This document shows positions 9,543-19,585 of a DNA stretch of 64,000 nucleotides, one piece after another (positions within the stretch are counted from its first letter, which is position 1; each line of letters begins with the position of its first letter). A program made the translations under genes and the position numbers. Below the pieces are notes generated by a model. It was not told the DNA's origin. It did not search any database and saw nothing but the letters and a program-made list of their open reading frames with translations. The stretch is from Capsulimonadales bacterium. Lineage in GTDB: Bacteria > Armatimonadota > Armatimonadia > Armatimonadales > Armatimonadaceae. The DNA is taken from positions 1 to 64,000 of the forward strand of contig JANRLW010000090.1 in the NCBI GenBank assembly GCA_033762295.1. Reading direction: 5' to 3'.

Positions 9543-12011
9543 ATGCAACGGTTCAAACGTCAAGCCGTCCGAAGAACGGTTATTCAATCGAATATTGCGA
9601 TTTCCCTGGTGATCACGTTGTCCCTAACAGGGGGACTGTGGATGGCGACGCCTCGTGTCGCCTCCGCGCAGTTGACCGAGCGACTGCAGACGCACTTCGA
9701 TATCCTCGCCGGTAAGGGCAATCCCGGACCGTACAACCTTTCCTGGACGAATATCGAGTACGCGAAAGATATCCCGTTCGAAGTGGTCGTGGACGGCCAG
9801 GTATTGAGACGCGAACAGTACCGGGTCGATGCGACCAAAGGGCAGATCACGTTCAACGCCCCCCTCGCGGAGAAGTCGGTCGCCCGGGTGAGTTACCGGT
9901 ACAATCCCCGTGTCGCCGTCAGCAATCCGTCCGTGACCAGTCAGCCGCTCTATCTGCCGGTCAAAAAGTTCGGGCATAACACGGTGAACGTGATCGCCGT
10001 TCCGCATAGCGAATCGCAGAAGACCGGGTCGGTGCCGCTCGTCTTCAGTCTGGGCGGTAAAACACGGCTTCTGGGCGGCGGGTTGACCTCCAATTTCGAT
10101 TTTGCCGGGGGCGACCGTAGCGGCGTTCAACTCGGGTTCAAGACCGGCAACGAGAAGAATATGGTCGACGCCCTGTTCGCTCGCAACGCGAAGGAGTTTG
10201 CGACCACCACCGGGAAGGCGATCGGTAAAGGCGATGCCGTCCAACAGAAAGGTCTCGAAACCAGACTGACGCCCGCGAAATACCTGGCGACGACCTATAA
10301 ACTGGCCGATAACCTGAACTTCCTGAATAACCAGCGTAGCTCTGCGGAGGCCTATTCGCTTCGATTCGGCGAGGGAGGCGCGAAACCGACCGTCAACTTC
10401 AGCCGGAACAGCACTCTGGCGGTCACCCCCGACAAGAAGGAAACGCGGGTGTTCGCCAACCGGTTCGACATCGGCACCGGACTGAACAAGGTAACGACGC
10501 TCGGGTTCCAGCGCGCCGACGATACCACGATCACTCCGGATCAGAAGGAAAAGCGGACGATCGCCGATCGTATGAAATTCGAAACGAAATTGAGCGCGGT
10601 CACCGGACTCGAGTTCAATCGGGCGGAAGATACGACGATCACCCCCGACAAAAAAGAGACGAAAGTCACCAAAGATCGATACGACCTGACGACGAAGATC
10701 AGCCGGGTGACATCGCTCGGGTTCAACCGTTCCGAGGATACGACGGTCGCGCCCGATGACAAGGAAACCCGGGTGACCGTCCACCGGTACGATCTGGCGA
10801 CCCAGGTGAACAAGGCGACGACCCTGGGGTTCAACCGGGCGGAGAACACGACCGTCACGCCGGATAACAAGGCGACGAAAAATGTCAAGGATATCATCGA
10901 CCTCAAGACGAGCCTGGGTAGGGCGACCACTGTCGGACTGAACCGGACCGAGGATCTGCTGGTCACGCCTAACGACCAGGAGACGCGGGTCAAAACGGAA
11001 AAACTGGATGTGGCGAAGAAGCTGGACAAAATGACGTCCGTGACGGCGACCACGGTTCAGTCCGTGACGGATGGGACCAGCGATTCGGTCGAAGCGATTG
11101 CGAAGGGGGCGGCGTTTTCCCTGACCTCGGCGGCGAACGGCGGGGCGAAACAGGCGACCGCTTCGCTGAACACGGCGTCCAAACAGAGCAAAACCGCGAT
11201 CGAAATCAACCGGTCGGTGACCGTCCGTCTGCAGCCCGCACCGATCTTCGTCGTGGCGGCATCGCAGACCGAGCAGAAGGTGACTCCGCTGTCGGCGACC
11301 GGCGAAACCGGAACGACCAGCACCGTCCTGACACAGACCGCCAGTGCGGAGATCGTCCCGATGCCCGGCGCGAAGGTGACGAGCGCGATCGCCGAAACGA
11401 CCAGCAACGATATCAAGGTGTCGACCACCAACTTCGGCGCCGAGGTCGGAACCGGGAAGCCGGTGGAGATCAAGGCGAATGTCATCAACCGGTCGTCGGA
11501 GGCGACGGGTGCCCGTTCGCTCGACACGACCCAGACGCAGGTCGCCCTCCGCCCGACAAAGCATCTGACCTTTACCGGGTCGTACATCTGGAATCCGGTC
11601 GATCCGAAGAACGGAGCGATTCTACAGGAGTACCGGCAGGAGTTCGGCGTCACGGCGAACATGGGCGCGGTTGAGATCGGCAGCGGTTACGCGCTGACCA
11701 CGCTGACCGGATTGGCGAAGGACGACGTCGACGACCCGACCTTCGGCACGTTCTCGCTGACTCTGGGCCTCAAGTTCAGCCGGTTTACACGGTTCAGCGG
11801 GGCGTATCGCGACTCGTTGCGGAACGAATCGCTGGCCGATCTGGCGGCGGCGCGAATGCCGAAATACCTCCGGACCTACAATCTGGGCCTGACCCATGAT
11901 ATCGGGGAGGCGTTCAATCTGTCCCTGGGCGGCGCGGTGACGGACGACCGTTCCCGCGCAAAACTGCCGACCGACGTCAAGGCCGAAGCGAAGATCGGCG
12001 TTCGCTTCTGA
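9543..12011 (+). CDS. Large secreted, probable outer-membrane beta-barrel protein with internal repeats
   Basis: Signal peptide (ASA|Q), amphipathic beta pattern, C-terminal KIGVRF. Confidence 0.75.
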   Translation: MQRFKRQAVRRTVIQSNIAISLVITLSLTGGLWMATPRVASAQLTERLQTHFDILAGKGNPGPYNLSWTNIEYAKDIPFEVVVDGQVLRREQYRVDATKGQITFNAPLAEKSVARVSYRYNPRVAVSNPSVTSQPLYLPVKKFGHNTVNVIAVPHSESQKTGSVPLVFSLGGKTRLLGGGLTSNFDFAGGDRSGVQLGFKTGNEKNMVDALFARNAKEFATTTGKAIGKGDAVQQKGLETRLTPAKYLATTYKLADNLNFLNNQRSSAEAYSLRFGEGGAKPTVNFSRNSTLAVTPDKKETRVFANRFDIGTGLNKVTTLGFQRADDTTITPDQKEKRTIADRMKFETKLSAVTGLEFNRAEDTTITPDKKETKVTKDRYDLTTKISRVTSLGFNRSEDTTVAPDDKETRVTVHRYDLATQVNKATTLGFNRAENTTVTPDNKATKNVKDIIDLKTSLGRATTVGLNRTEDLLVTPNDQETRVKTEKLDVAKKLDKMTSVTATTVQSVTDGTSDSVEAIAKGAAFSLTSAANGGAKQATASLNTASKQSKTAIEINRSVTVRLQPAPIFVVAASQTEQKVTPLSATGETGTTSTVLTQTASAEIVPMPGAKVTSAIAETTSNDIKVSTTNFGAEVGTGKPVEIKANVINRSSEATGARSLDTTQTQVALRPTKHLTFTGSYIWNPVDPKNGAILQEYRQEFGVTANMGAVEIGSGYALTTLTGLAKDDVDDPTFGTFSLTLGLKFSRFTRFSGAYRDSLRNESLADLAAARMPKYLRTYNLGLTHDIGEAFNLSLGGAVTDDRSRAKLPTDVKAEAKIGVRF
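10386..11033 (+). repeat. Six tandem 108-bp (36-aa) coding repeats
   Basis: Units like TTLGFNRAEDTTITPDKKETKV..DRYDL; starts at 10386, 10494, 10602 and so on. Confidence 0.9.
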
Positions 12012-12082
12012 GGGAATCCGGTCCGGACAGTCCGGCGCTTCGCCGGTTGACAGCCGCCGCCCGGGACCGCGATAATGAAGGG

Positions 12083-12925
12083 ATGCTGGTTCTTTCGCGG
12101 TTTCAGGCGGTGCCTCTGATCGAGGCGATTCTGGCAGGGGAGACCGGGGCGGAGACGACCCCCGATCTTTTCCGGACGACCGTTCCCGTCGTTCTGGCGA
12201 ACGATGGCGTGACGTTTCCCGACGGCACGCGGGTCGCCTGGACGACGCTGACCGACATCGCGGACAGCGACACCGGTTGTTTCAAGATCGCACCGGATGG
12301 GACCGCCGAACCGATCCGCGCGTTTTCGGAACAGACCCGTCGTTACTATTCGCTGCATCCGACGCCGGCCGCGCCGACGATGCTGGTTTCGGGTATCCCC
12401 ATGCACCGGATCAAAAATACCGACCCGCAGAGCGATACGCTGGAGAAGATCAAAGCGGCTTCGCCGGTTTCCGGGACGGTGCTCGATACGGCGACCGGAC
12501 TCGGCTACACGGCGATCGTGGCGGCGAAAACGGCGATGCGCGTCATCACCGTCGAACTCGACCCGGCGGCGTCCGCCGTCGCCGAACGCAACCCGTGGTC
12601 GCGTGAACTGTTTGACAATCCCCGGATCGAACGGCGGTTCGCGGACAGCTATACGGAGATTGAAACGTTCGCCCCGGAAACCTTTGCGGTCATCGTTCAC
12701 GATCCGCCGACGATGAGCCTGGGGGGCGACCTGTACTCCGGCGAGTTTTACCGGCGGGCCTTTCGGGTGCTGAAACGGAACGGACGGATGTTTCATTACA
12801 TCGGAGACCCGGACAGCCGGACCGGAGCGAGCACGACGCGCGGGGTCGTTCGCCGTCTTCAGGAAGCCGGGTTCAAAAAGGTGACGCCGTTTCCGGCGGC
12901 CTTCGGAGTGACCGCTTACAAATGA
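12083..12925 (+). CDS. Class I SAM-dependent methyltransferase
   Basis: VLDTATGLGYTAI, IVHDPP, LYSGEFY. Confidence 0.85.
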   Translation: MLVLSRFQAVPLIEAILAGETGAETTPDLFRTTVPVVLANDGVTFPDGTRVAWTTLTDIADSDTGCFKIAPDGTAEPIRAFSEQTRRYYSLHPTPAAPTMLVSGIPMHRIKNTDPQSDTLEKIKAASPVSGTVLDTATGLGYTAIVAAKTAMRVITVELDPAASAVAERNPWSRELFDNPRIERRFADSYTEIETFAPETFAVIVHDPPTMSLGGDLYSGEFYRRAFRVLKRNGRMFHYIGDPDSRTGASTTRGVVRRLQEAGFKKVTPFPAAFGVTAYK

Positions 12926-13470
12926 CCGCGTTTCGAACGACCGAACGATTGATATTGCGTCCGATGCGGGAGAAGGATGCCCCGTTCCTGGTGGCGTATC
13001 GACGCGACCCGGAGGTGGCGAAGTTCCAGTCGTGGACGGCTTTTGACGAGGAATTGGCCCGTGGCTTTATCTCGGAACTGTCGCAGCGGCAGCCGGGAAC
13101 ACCGGAGGAGGGCTACCAGATGGGGATCGCCCGGCGCGATACCGACGAACTGATCGGCGACCTGTACCTTCGGCTGCTGGATTACGACCCCCGTCAGGCG
13201 GAGATCGGGTACACGCTGGCCCGACCGCACCAGAGGCGCGGATACGCCCGGGAGGCCGTCCGGGCCTTCTGCGGTTATCTGTTCGACGACCTTCAATTGC
13301 ACCGTCTGATCGCCTACACGTCGACGGAGAACGTTCGCTCGGTGCGCCTTCTGGAGTCCTTAGGGTTTCGTCGGGAAGGATGGACCCGTGAGAGCGTCGA
13401 TATTAACGACCGCTGGCACGATGAGTACCTCTACGCTTTGCTCCGGCGCGAGTGGTCGAACGAGACATAA
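12922..13470 (+). CDS. RimJ/RimL-type GNAT acetyltransferase
   Basis: TERLILRP, EIGY, RRGYARE, NVRSVRLLESLGFRREG. Confidence 0.9.
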   Translation: MTAFRTTERLILRPMREKDAPFLVAYRRDPEVAKFQSWTAFDEELARGFISELSQRQPGTPEEGYQMGIARRDTDELIGDLYLRLLDYDPRQAEIGYTLARPHQRRGYAREAVRAFCGYLFDDLQLHRLIAYTSTENVRSVRLLESLGFRREGWTRESVDINDRWHDEYLYALLRREWSNET

Positions 13471-13476
13471 TTCGAA

Positions 13477-14577
13477 CTACGGTGCGGTCGAGTCGACCGG
13501 GAACACGCCGGTTTTCGGATAATAACCGACCCAGCCAAACCAGTAGGAGTTGGTGTGGGGGATCAGAGCCAGGGAATTTCGCGTTCGGGAATCCGTCGGC
13601 TTGCCGGTCACGGCGGACCAGGTGCCATGGTCGCCGACCAGTACGGCCCCGTCATTTTTCCGTTCCCATCGAAGGGATCGAACATTCTCCGGAAGCCGAT
13701 AGACCGCCGTTCCCTGATCGCGCGCATCGTACCGGATGGCCACTCGGGTCGTTCGGAATTGATCGATCACCAGACCTTTTTCACGCAGGCGTGCATGAGG
13801 ATACGCTCTGGCAATCCCCTGGAACGAGATGCCGAGAACCATTTCCTTACCGGGAAGGCGTGTATCGGTTGGCTCCATCGGGACCACGCCGAGCGCCGAC
13901 GGATTGCCATGATAATCGGCGTAGCGATCGCCGCCTGCGTCTTCTCTTCCTTCAACCGAAAGGACTTCGGAATTCGGGTACATGGTGCGCCATGCCTGCC
14001 AATGAATTCCGGGCGTCGCCGCTAACTGCCGGAGCTGTCTGCCCTTGAGCGGTCCCTCCGCAGCCAGACCGTTGAAATGGTACCAGAGGGTGCCGGTTTC
14101 ACGGTCGTACATGACCAGTGCGTTCTTGCGAAGCTTCCCGGAAACGCCCAGAGTCAAGGTTTTTCCGTCGATTTCACGGCTATACACGATAGCCGTATGA
14201 CATAGCGGTCACCAGGTGACGGCGATTTTCCGCCCGTCCACCGTGTCATTGACGATTTCGTGTCCGTTGAGCAGATTTTTGGCGTAGGCATGCGCATCTT
14301 TGCCGGAGGCGTACCCGATAACGAGGGCGGAAGGGGCGATCTTCGCCTTTGCCGCGGTTACGAACGAGGGTCGGTCGATCGAGGGGATATCGTCGCGATT
14401 CAGTACCGTCACGATCCCCGGATCCCTGAGAGGCAACGGTTCCGGCTCCGATTCGGGTCGCCGGTCAAGCCGTAGGATCTGCTCCCGGAGGCTGATGACC
14501 GCGCCTCCGATCGCGACAACGGACATCAGAAGGATGCCAACTTTTTGCCGGAAACGTAAATCTTGTAACAAGTGCAT
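13477..14577 (-). CDS. DUF3179 family selenoprotein; TGA at 14209-14211 read as Sec
   Basis: Two same-frame ORFs joined as VTW-TGA-PLCHTAIVY; DIPSIDRP, HEIVND, VSGKL, MYDRETGTLW, YWFGW motifs; N-terminal TM; downstream hairpin. Confidence 0.85.
14174..14200 (-). promoter_or_regulatory. Putative bacterial SECIS hairpin
   Basis: mRNA ACGGCUAU-CGUGU-AUAGCCGU (perfect 8 bp, 14196-14176), starting 12 nt after the UGA. Confidence 0.7.
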
Positions 14578-14724
14578 ATTGACCCCGCCTGGTAACAAAC
14601 GGCCAACCCGATGGGTTCCCGCTTTTTCGCGACAGTTTACCACCGGACCCGAGGAACGGAACGGACAATGATCTTGTGCGAATTATACGGTAGACTGAAA
14701 GTAGGCAACAGCCTGAGGTCGGCC

Positions 14725-16053
14725 ATGTCAGATTCGCCTGTCGCACCCGCAAAAAATCGCCTGGTTATGACCGTGTCACTGTCGGTGGTGGCCGTCCTGA
14801 TCGGTATCTGGGGTCTCCTGAACCAGCCGGCGGTAGTGGAGATGCGCTATTCCCGGATGACCCTTGCCGAACTGGAAAAGGAAATCGGCAAGGGAGCGGA
14901 TGCGCGCCTTCTGCTCCGTTACGGCCAGCGTTTAAACGAGGCGAAACGGTTCGACGAGGCAGCATCGACTCTGGAACGCGCGGCAACGGCGGCTCCGGAC
15001 CGTTCCGATATTCGCCGCGAGTGGGCAAAAGCGCAAATGGCGCGTGGCGATGCCAGCGGGGCGTTCCAGCAGTTGAGGCAGTTTGTCGGGACACACCCGA
15101 ACCTTCCGGAAGCCCACCTTCTGCTCGGACGGTTTTACCTTTCGGTAAAAGCCGGAAAGAAGGCTCTGGCCGCACTGGAGAAGGCGACGGAATTGAATCC
15201 TCTTTTCGCCGACGCCTGGGAATCGCTGGCTCTCGTTCGCTATGAATTCGCTCTGGATGCGGTTCGAACGGAGGAGGCGATGCGCAAGGCGCTCGAACTG
15301 GCCCCGAAGAACCCGGATAACCATCTTCTGTATGCCCGGTTCCTGACCCGTGAAAGCCGTCCGCAGGCCCGAGACGCGTTTCAAAAGGCGTTGGCCCTTG
15401 CGCCCGACAGTGCGACCATCCATGAAGCCTATGCCGATTTCCTTCTCCAGCGAGGACAGGGGGAGGAGGATCGACAACGGGCCGAGGACGAAGCCCGCGC
15501 CGCCCTCCGGGAAAATCCCGACCTGCACTACTCCAAATACATCCTGGGCGCGGCCCTGAACCGTCGTCAAGTGTTCTCGGAAGCGGAGACGCCATTACTC
15601 GGGGCGGCGCAGGCGCTGAATCGCGACCCGGCGGTGGCCCGGGAACTGGCGACCACCTATCGCGGCCTGGGCCGTAACGGAGACGCCGAACACTGGCAGG
15701 GCGAGTATCTGCGGCGGCAAAAATACCAGGCGGAACGGCAACGCCTGATCGCCGACGCATTGACCGTTCCGAACAACCGCCCGGCCTATGATCGGGTCGC
15801 CACCTTTCTGGCGCGTCACGGTGAGGTCGAGGAGGCGATCCGGTATCGTGCGCTGGCCCTCGGGGCGGTTCCCGACGATGCCGAGGTGCTACGTCAGGTG
15901 GCGAACGACCTGCTCCAAGGAGGGCACTTGATGACCGCACTGCCGGTCGCCCAACGGGCGGGGACACGCTATCCGCAGAACGTGGGAGTCCGGGAGACGC
16001 TCCGTCGAATCGAGGAACGGCTGAACGGAACGGCAACGACGGCAAAACCATGA
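14725..16053 (+). CDS. Membrane-anchored TPR protein
   Basis: N-terminal TM; repeats AHLLLGRFY, ALELAPKN, ALALAPDS. Confidence 0.85.
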   Translation: MSDSPVAPAKNRLVMTVSLSVVAVLIGIWGLLNQPAVVEMRYSRMTLAELEKEIGKGADARLLLRYGQRLNEAKRFDEAASTLERAATAAPDRSDIRREWAKAQMARGDASGAFQQLRQFVGTHPNLPEAHLLLGRFYLSVKAGKKALAALEKATELNPLFADAWESLALVRYEFALDAVRTEEAMRKALELAPKNPDNHLLYARFLTRESRPQARDAFQKALALAPDSATIHEAYADFLLQRGQGEEDRQRAEDEARAALRENPDLHYSKYILGAALNRRQVFSEAETPLLGAAQALNRDPAVARELATTYRGLGRNGDAEHWQGEYLRRQKYQAERQRLIADALTVPNNRPAYDRVATFLARHGEVEEAIRYRALALGAVPDDAEVLRQVANDLLQGGHLMTALPVAQRAGTRYPQNVGVRETLRRIEERLNGTATTAKP

Positions 16054-17723
16054 GCAACCAGCTTCGGCGGACGGCGATCGGTTTCGGGCTTGCGCTTTCG
16101 GTGATCGGCTGCCAGGGGGAACAGGATGCGCGTCCTTCGGGCGGTTCACCGTCCGTCCCGACCGTCCCGTCCGTTTCAACGTCGCCGGGGTTTCGAGAAG
16201 TGGCTGCCGCCGCCGGAATCCGCTACGAATGGCGGGTGAACGCGCCCCGTCCGCTCACGATTCGTGGAACCATCGGGAATGGTTGCGCCTTCCTCGATTT
16301 TGATAGCGACGGCAATCTCGATGTGCTCTTGGTCGGATCGCCGCCCGCCTTGTTCCGGGGGGACGGCAAGGGAAAGTTTGTCGATGTCTCCTCTGCCGTA
16401 GGATTAAGCGGGCTGTCCGGTGAGTTTCTGGGCTGTGCGGTCGGCGATCCCGACAACGACGGAGACCCCGATGTTTATCTGACGGCCTTCCGGGGCGGCG
16501 TGCTTCTCAGAAACGAAGGCGGGAAGGTCTGGAAGGATGTTTCGCGTACCGCCGGGATTCCACCGCAGCCATGGGGGACTTCCTCCGCATTCGGGGATGT
16601 CGACAATGACGGGTTCCTCGATTTATTCGTTGGAAACTACGTCGCCTTCGACGAAACGACGAAGCCGCAACGGTGCGATTATGAGGGACGGATGAGCGCG
16701 TGCGGACCGCGCTACTACGCCCCGCGCTTCGGAAAACTGTATCGCAACCGGGGCGACGGAACCTTTGCCGATATTACGGAAGCAACCGGTGCGAACCGGG
16801 TTTCCGGTAAGGCGTTGGGCGTGGCTCTCGCCGATTTTGACGGCATGGGACGCCCGGGAATCGCCCTGGCTAACGATGAGATGCCCGGAGACCTGTTGAG
16901 GACCGACCGGTCGAAGACGTTACGTTTTCGTAATGTCGGTCCGGAGAGCGGAACCGCCTTCAGCGCCTCCGGAACGGTTCATGGCGGAATGGGGATCGAT
17001 TGGGGCGATTTCAATAATGACGGCGCAGTCGACCTGTTCGTTGGAACGTTCCAACGTGAGGAGAAGTGCGTCTATCGAAACGACGGAGGAGTCTTTACGG
17101 AGGTGTCGGGTTCTCTCGGCCTCGCGCCGGCGAACCCCTATGTCACCTTCGGAGCCAAGTGGGTCGATTTCGACAACGACGGCTGGCTCGATCTGGCGAT
17201 CGCTAACGGGCACATTCAGGATAATATTGCGGATATCGACCGATCGGCGACCTACCGTCAACCCATACTCCTCTTTCGTAATCGTCAGGGACAGGCGTTC
17301 GAAGATTGGACCGACCGGATCGACCCGAATGGGCGTCGCCCCATCGTCGGGCGCGGACTGGCGACCGGCGACTATGACAACGATGGGCGGACGGATTTGC
17401 TGGTGGTCGACAGTGAAGGAACGCCGCTTCTCCTGCATAACGAGGTTCCGCAGGTCGGGCATTCGCTTTTGCTGAGGTTACAGGGGAAAAAGTCGAACCG
17501 GATGGGACTGGGGGCGCGGATCGAGGTGCGTGTGGGCGGCGAATCCCGGGTACGCTTTTGCCGGACGGACGGCTCGTATATGTCCGCGTCGGATGGGCGG
17601 GTGTCGGTCGGACTTGGGACGGCGACGAAAGCGGATTCGGTCACGGTCCGCTGGCCCGGCGGCCACACGACCGTATTACGGGACGTTACCGCGGACCGGC
17701 AGCACGTGATTCGGGAAACGTAA
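16050..17723 (+). CDS. CRTAC1 / ASPIC-UnbV family FG-GAP repeat lipoprotein
   Basis: Multiple DxDNDGxxDL repeats; C-terminal NRMGLGARI..SYMS..GLG..VRWP; lipobox-like SVIGC. Confidence 0.9.
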   Translation: MSNQLRRTAIGFGLALSVIGCQGEQDARPSGGSPSVPTVPSVSTSPGFREVAAAAGIRYEWRVNAPRPLTIRGTIGNGCAFLDFDSDGNLDVLLVGSPPALFRGDGKGKFVDVSSAVGLSGLSGEFLGCAVGDPDNDGDPDVYLTAFRGGVLLRNEGGKVWKDVSRTAGIPPQPWGTSSAFGDVDNDGFLDLFVGNYVAFDETTKPQRCDYEGRMSACGPRYYAPRFGKLYRNRGDGTFADITEATGANRVSGKALGVALADFDGMGRPGIALANDEMPGDLLRTDRSKTLRFRNVGPESGTAFSASGTVHGGMGIDWGDFNNDGAVDLFVGTFQREEKCVYRNDGGVFTEVSGSLGLAPANPYVTFGAKWVDFDNDGWLDLAIANGHIQDNIADIDRSATYRQPILLFRNRQGQAFEDWTDRIDPNGRRPIVGRGLATGDYDNDGRTDLLVVDSEGTPLLLHNEVPQVGHSLLLRLQGKKSNRMGLGARIEVRVGGESRVRFCRTDGSYMSASDGRVSVGLGTATKADSVTVRWPGGHTTVLRDVTADRQHVIRET

Positions 17724-17753
17724 GAACCCGCTGCCCTTCGGCAGCGGGTTCTT
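17722..17753. terminator. Bidirectional terminator between convergent genes
   Basis: AAGAACCCGCTGCC-CTTC-GGCAGCGGGTTCTT. Confidence 0.75.
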
Positions 17754-17781
17754 CGATTGTGCGTGGCAACAATCGAACGGA

Positions 17782-18657
17782 CTACGGAAGGTCCGTTTCC
17801 CAGGTCGGGTCGGTGTAGATACCGCGGGCGCGGTATTCCAGCTGGAGAGCGGCGGAGGACTTGTAGGTACCGTCCGCGTTCTGGAAGGCCGGGTCCTTGT
17901 ACCACTTGGCATGGCCGTCGCAGAAGACCCAGTTGCGGCCTTCGTTGTGGCGCTTGCCCTGGCGCCAGCGGCTGTCGGTCGCGCTGTTACCGTAGCCCGG
18001 AACGATGTACCAACCGGCGAAGGTGTTGCCGTTCGCCGCGCCAAAGGTGGAGCTGCCGACGTCGGCCGAGAAGAAGACGTTCGACGGGCGAGCGATACCG
18101 GCAAAGTTGTACATGTCGAACGCGGTGCCGCGGCCGGTGTAGACCTTGTTCAGGATGTAGTTGCCGGCGTAGGAGAGCGGGAAGGAGTTGCGCATCGCGT
18201 TCGGCACATCCTTCATCCCGGCATAGTAGCCCGGCATGTTCACCAGGCGCAGCTGCTCTTCGTAGCAGAAGGAGCCCAGCTTGTTCCAACCGCCCTTATC
18301 CGCGTCGGACGGGCACTGCCAGATCTGCCAGTTCTTGATGTACGGAGCGGACGCGATCGGGTAGGCGAAGATGCCGCTGAAGTAGATGTCGCCCGGCTGA
18401 GCAACGTTCGCCGGGTTGGTGCACGGACCCTGCCAGCCGGTTTGCGGCAGGACTTCATCGTAATCCTGGGCATACATCATGACCGCGAGGCCCTGCTGCT
18501 TGGTGTTGGAGAGACAGGAGGTCTGGCGGGCCTTTTCACGGGCCTGAGCGAAGACCGGGAACAGGATCGCGGCCAGGATGGCGATGATGGCGATGACGAC
18601 GAGAAGCTCGATCAGGGTAAAGCCCTGGCGGCGAGACTCGGAGACGAAAGAACGCAT
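17782..18657 (-). CDS. Prepilin-type N-terminal cleavage/methylation protein (DUF1559, H-X9-DG)
   Basis: [53 protein letters not shown]. Confidence 0.92.
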   Translation of the reverse strand: MRSFVSESRRQGFTLIELLVVIAIIAILAAILFPVFAQAREKARQTSCLSNTKQQGLAVMMYAQDYDEVLPQTGWQGPCTNPANVAQPGDIYFSGIFAYPIASAPYIKNWQIWQCPSDADKGGWNKLGSFCYEEQLRLVNMPGYYAGMKDVPNAMRNSFPLSYAGNYILNKVYTGRGTAFDMYNFAGIARPSNVFFSADVGSSTFGAANGNTFAGWYIVPGYGNSATDSRWRQGKRHNEGRNWVFCDGHAKWYKDPAFQNADGTYKSSAALQLEYRARGIYTDPTWETDLP

Positions 18658-18726
18658 AAGTATAACCTTTCCTTGGAATCGCAAACGGGTTGCGTCGTGG
18701 GAACGTGACGTTATTATTCCGTGTGA

Positions 18727-18756
18727 TTGTTAAGGCAGGATTAAGGAAAGGTTAAG
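18727..18756 (-). promoter_or_regulatory. Pho-box-like triple direct repeat (11-bp period)
   Basis: Minus strand CTTAACCT-ttc-CTTAATCC-tgc-CTTAACAA, then AATAAT. Confidence 0.6.
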
Positions 18757-18803
18757 TAAGTGTGAAATATTGCAGATTTTTATGGTTGGTATAGAATCCT
18801 GGT

Positions 18804-19523
18804 CTACGAGTGCGGGACCAGGATCCGGCCGCAATATTCGCAGGTCTGGATGCTTTGCGCATCGCGAACGGCATTAACGAGGGTGGAGTTTAACTGGGTA
18901 TGGCAGGCGCCGCAGGAACCGTCAATCGCCAGGGTCGTGGCTCCGAGCCCTTTGCGTTTGGCACGGATGGAGTCGTACCGCGCGAGAACCGGTGGTGAAA
19001 CCGGGGCGGCGGCGGCTTTACGCTCCGTATCGAGCTCCGACATACGCCCGTTGACGTCGGCCTGTTTCTGTTTGAAGGTCGCACGGACGGTCCGGTACTT
19101 TTCCGCCAGCTGTTTCAGGTGGGTCTCGGTCGTCTGTGCGGTCGCCATTGCCCGATTCGCCGTTTCCATCGCCGCGAGAACCTTGCCTTCGGCGTCCGAT
19201 TTTTGCCGTTCCAGCATGTCGAGTTCGGCCTGGAGGTTCTTCAGTTCCCGCGACCCGGTGATCACCCCGCCGTAAAGGTCCTTGTTCACCTGAGCGATTT
19301 TGGCTTCGAGGCTCTGCAGACGCATCTCCAGGTCCTTCTGTTCGGTCTGGGCCTGAATCGCCGCCGCTTTCTGTTTGTCGAAACTGATCTTTCCGGTGTT
19401 GTAGAACGCCGCCAGTTCGGCGCCGGTATCCATACCGGAGAGTTCCGCCCTGAGACGATCGATCCGGGAGTCCACCTCCTGCACGGTCAGAAGGTGCTGT
19501 AAATCCTCACGTAGTGTCGGCAT
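18804..19523 (-). CDS. Coiled-coil protein with C4 zinc ribbon (CT398-like)
   Basis: Long coiled coil; CGAC...CEYCGRIL. Confidence 0.88.
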   Translation of the reverse strand: MPTLREDLQHLLTVQEVDSRIDRLRAELSGMDTGAELAAFYNTGKISFDKQKAAAIQAQTEQKDLEMRLQSLEAKIAQVNKDLYGGVITGSRELKNLQAELDMLERQKSDAEGKVLAAMETANRAMATAQTTETHLKQLAEKYRTVRATFKQKQADVNGRMSELDTERKAAAAPVSPPVLARYDSIRAKRKGLGATTLAIDGSCGACHTQLNSTLVNAVRDAQSIQTCEYCGRILVPHS

Positions 19524-19585
19524 CAGGAGAGTATTCTTCGCAAGGCAAAACAATTCCTTCCCGGTGCGTATGGCGAATCCCGTTC

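Noticed and set aside
9624..11564. 646-aa minus-strand ORF
   Set aside because: Antisense to the 822-aa repeat protein; no motifs; typical high-GC artefact
13477..14643. DUF3179 as a nonsense pseudogene or two separate genes
   Set aside because: The TGA falls exactly at the first Cys of CxxC and is followed by a hairpin; both halves look intact
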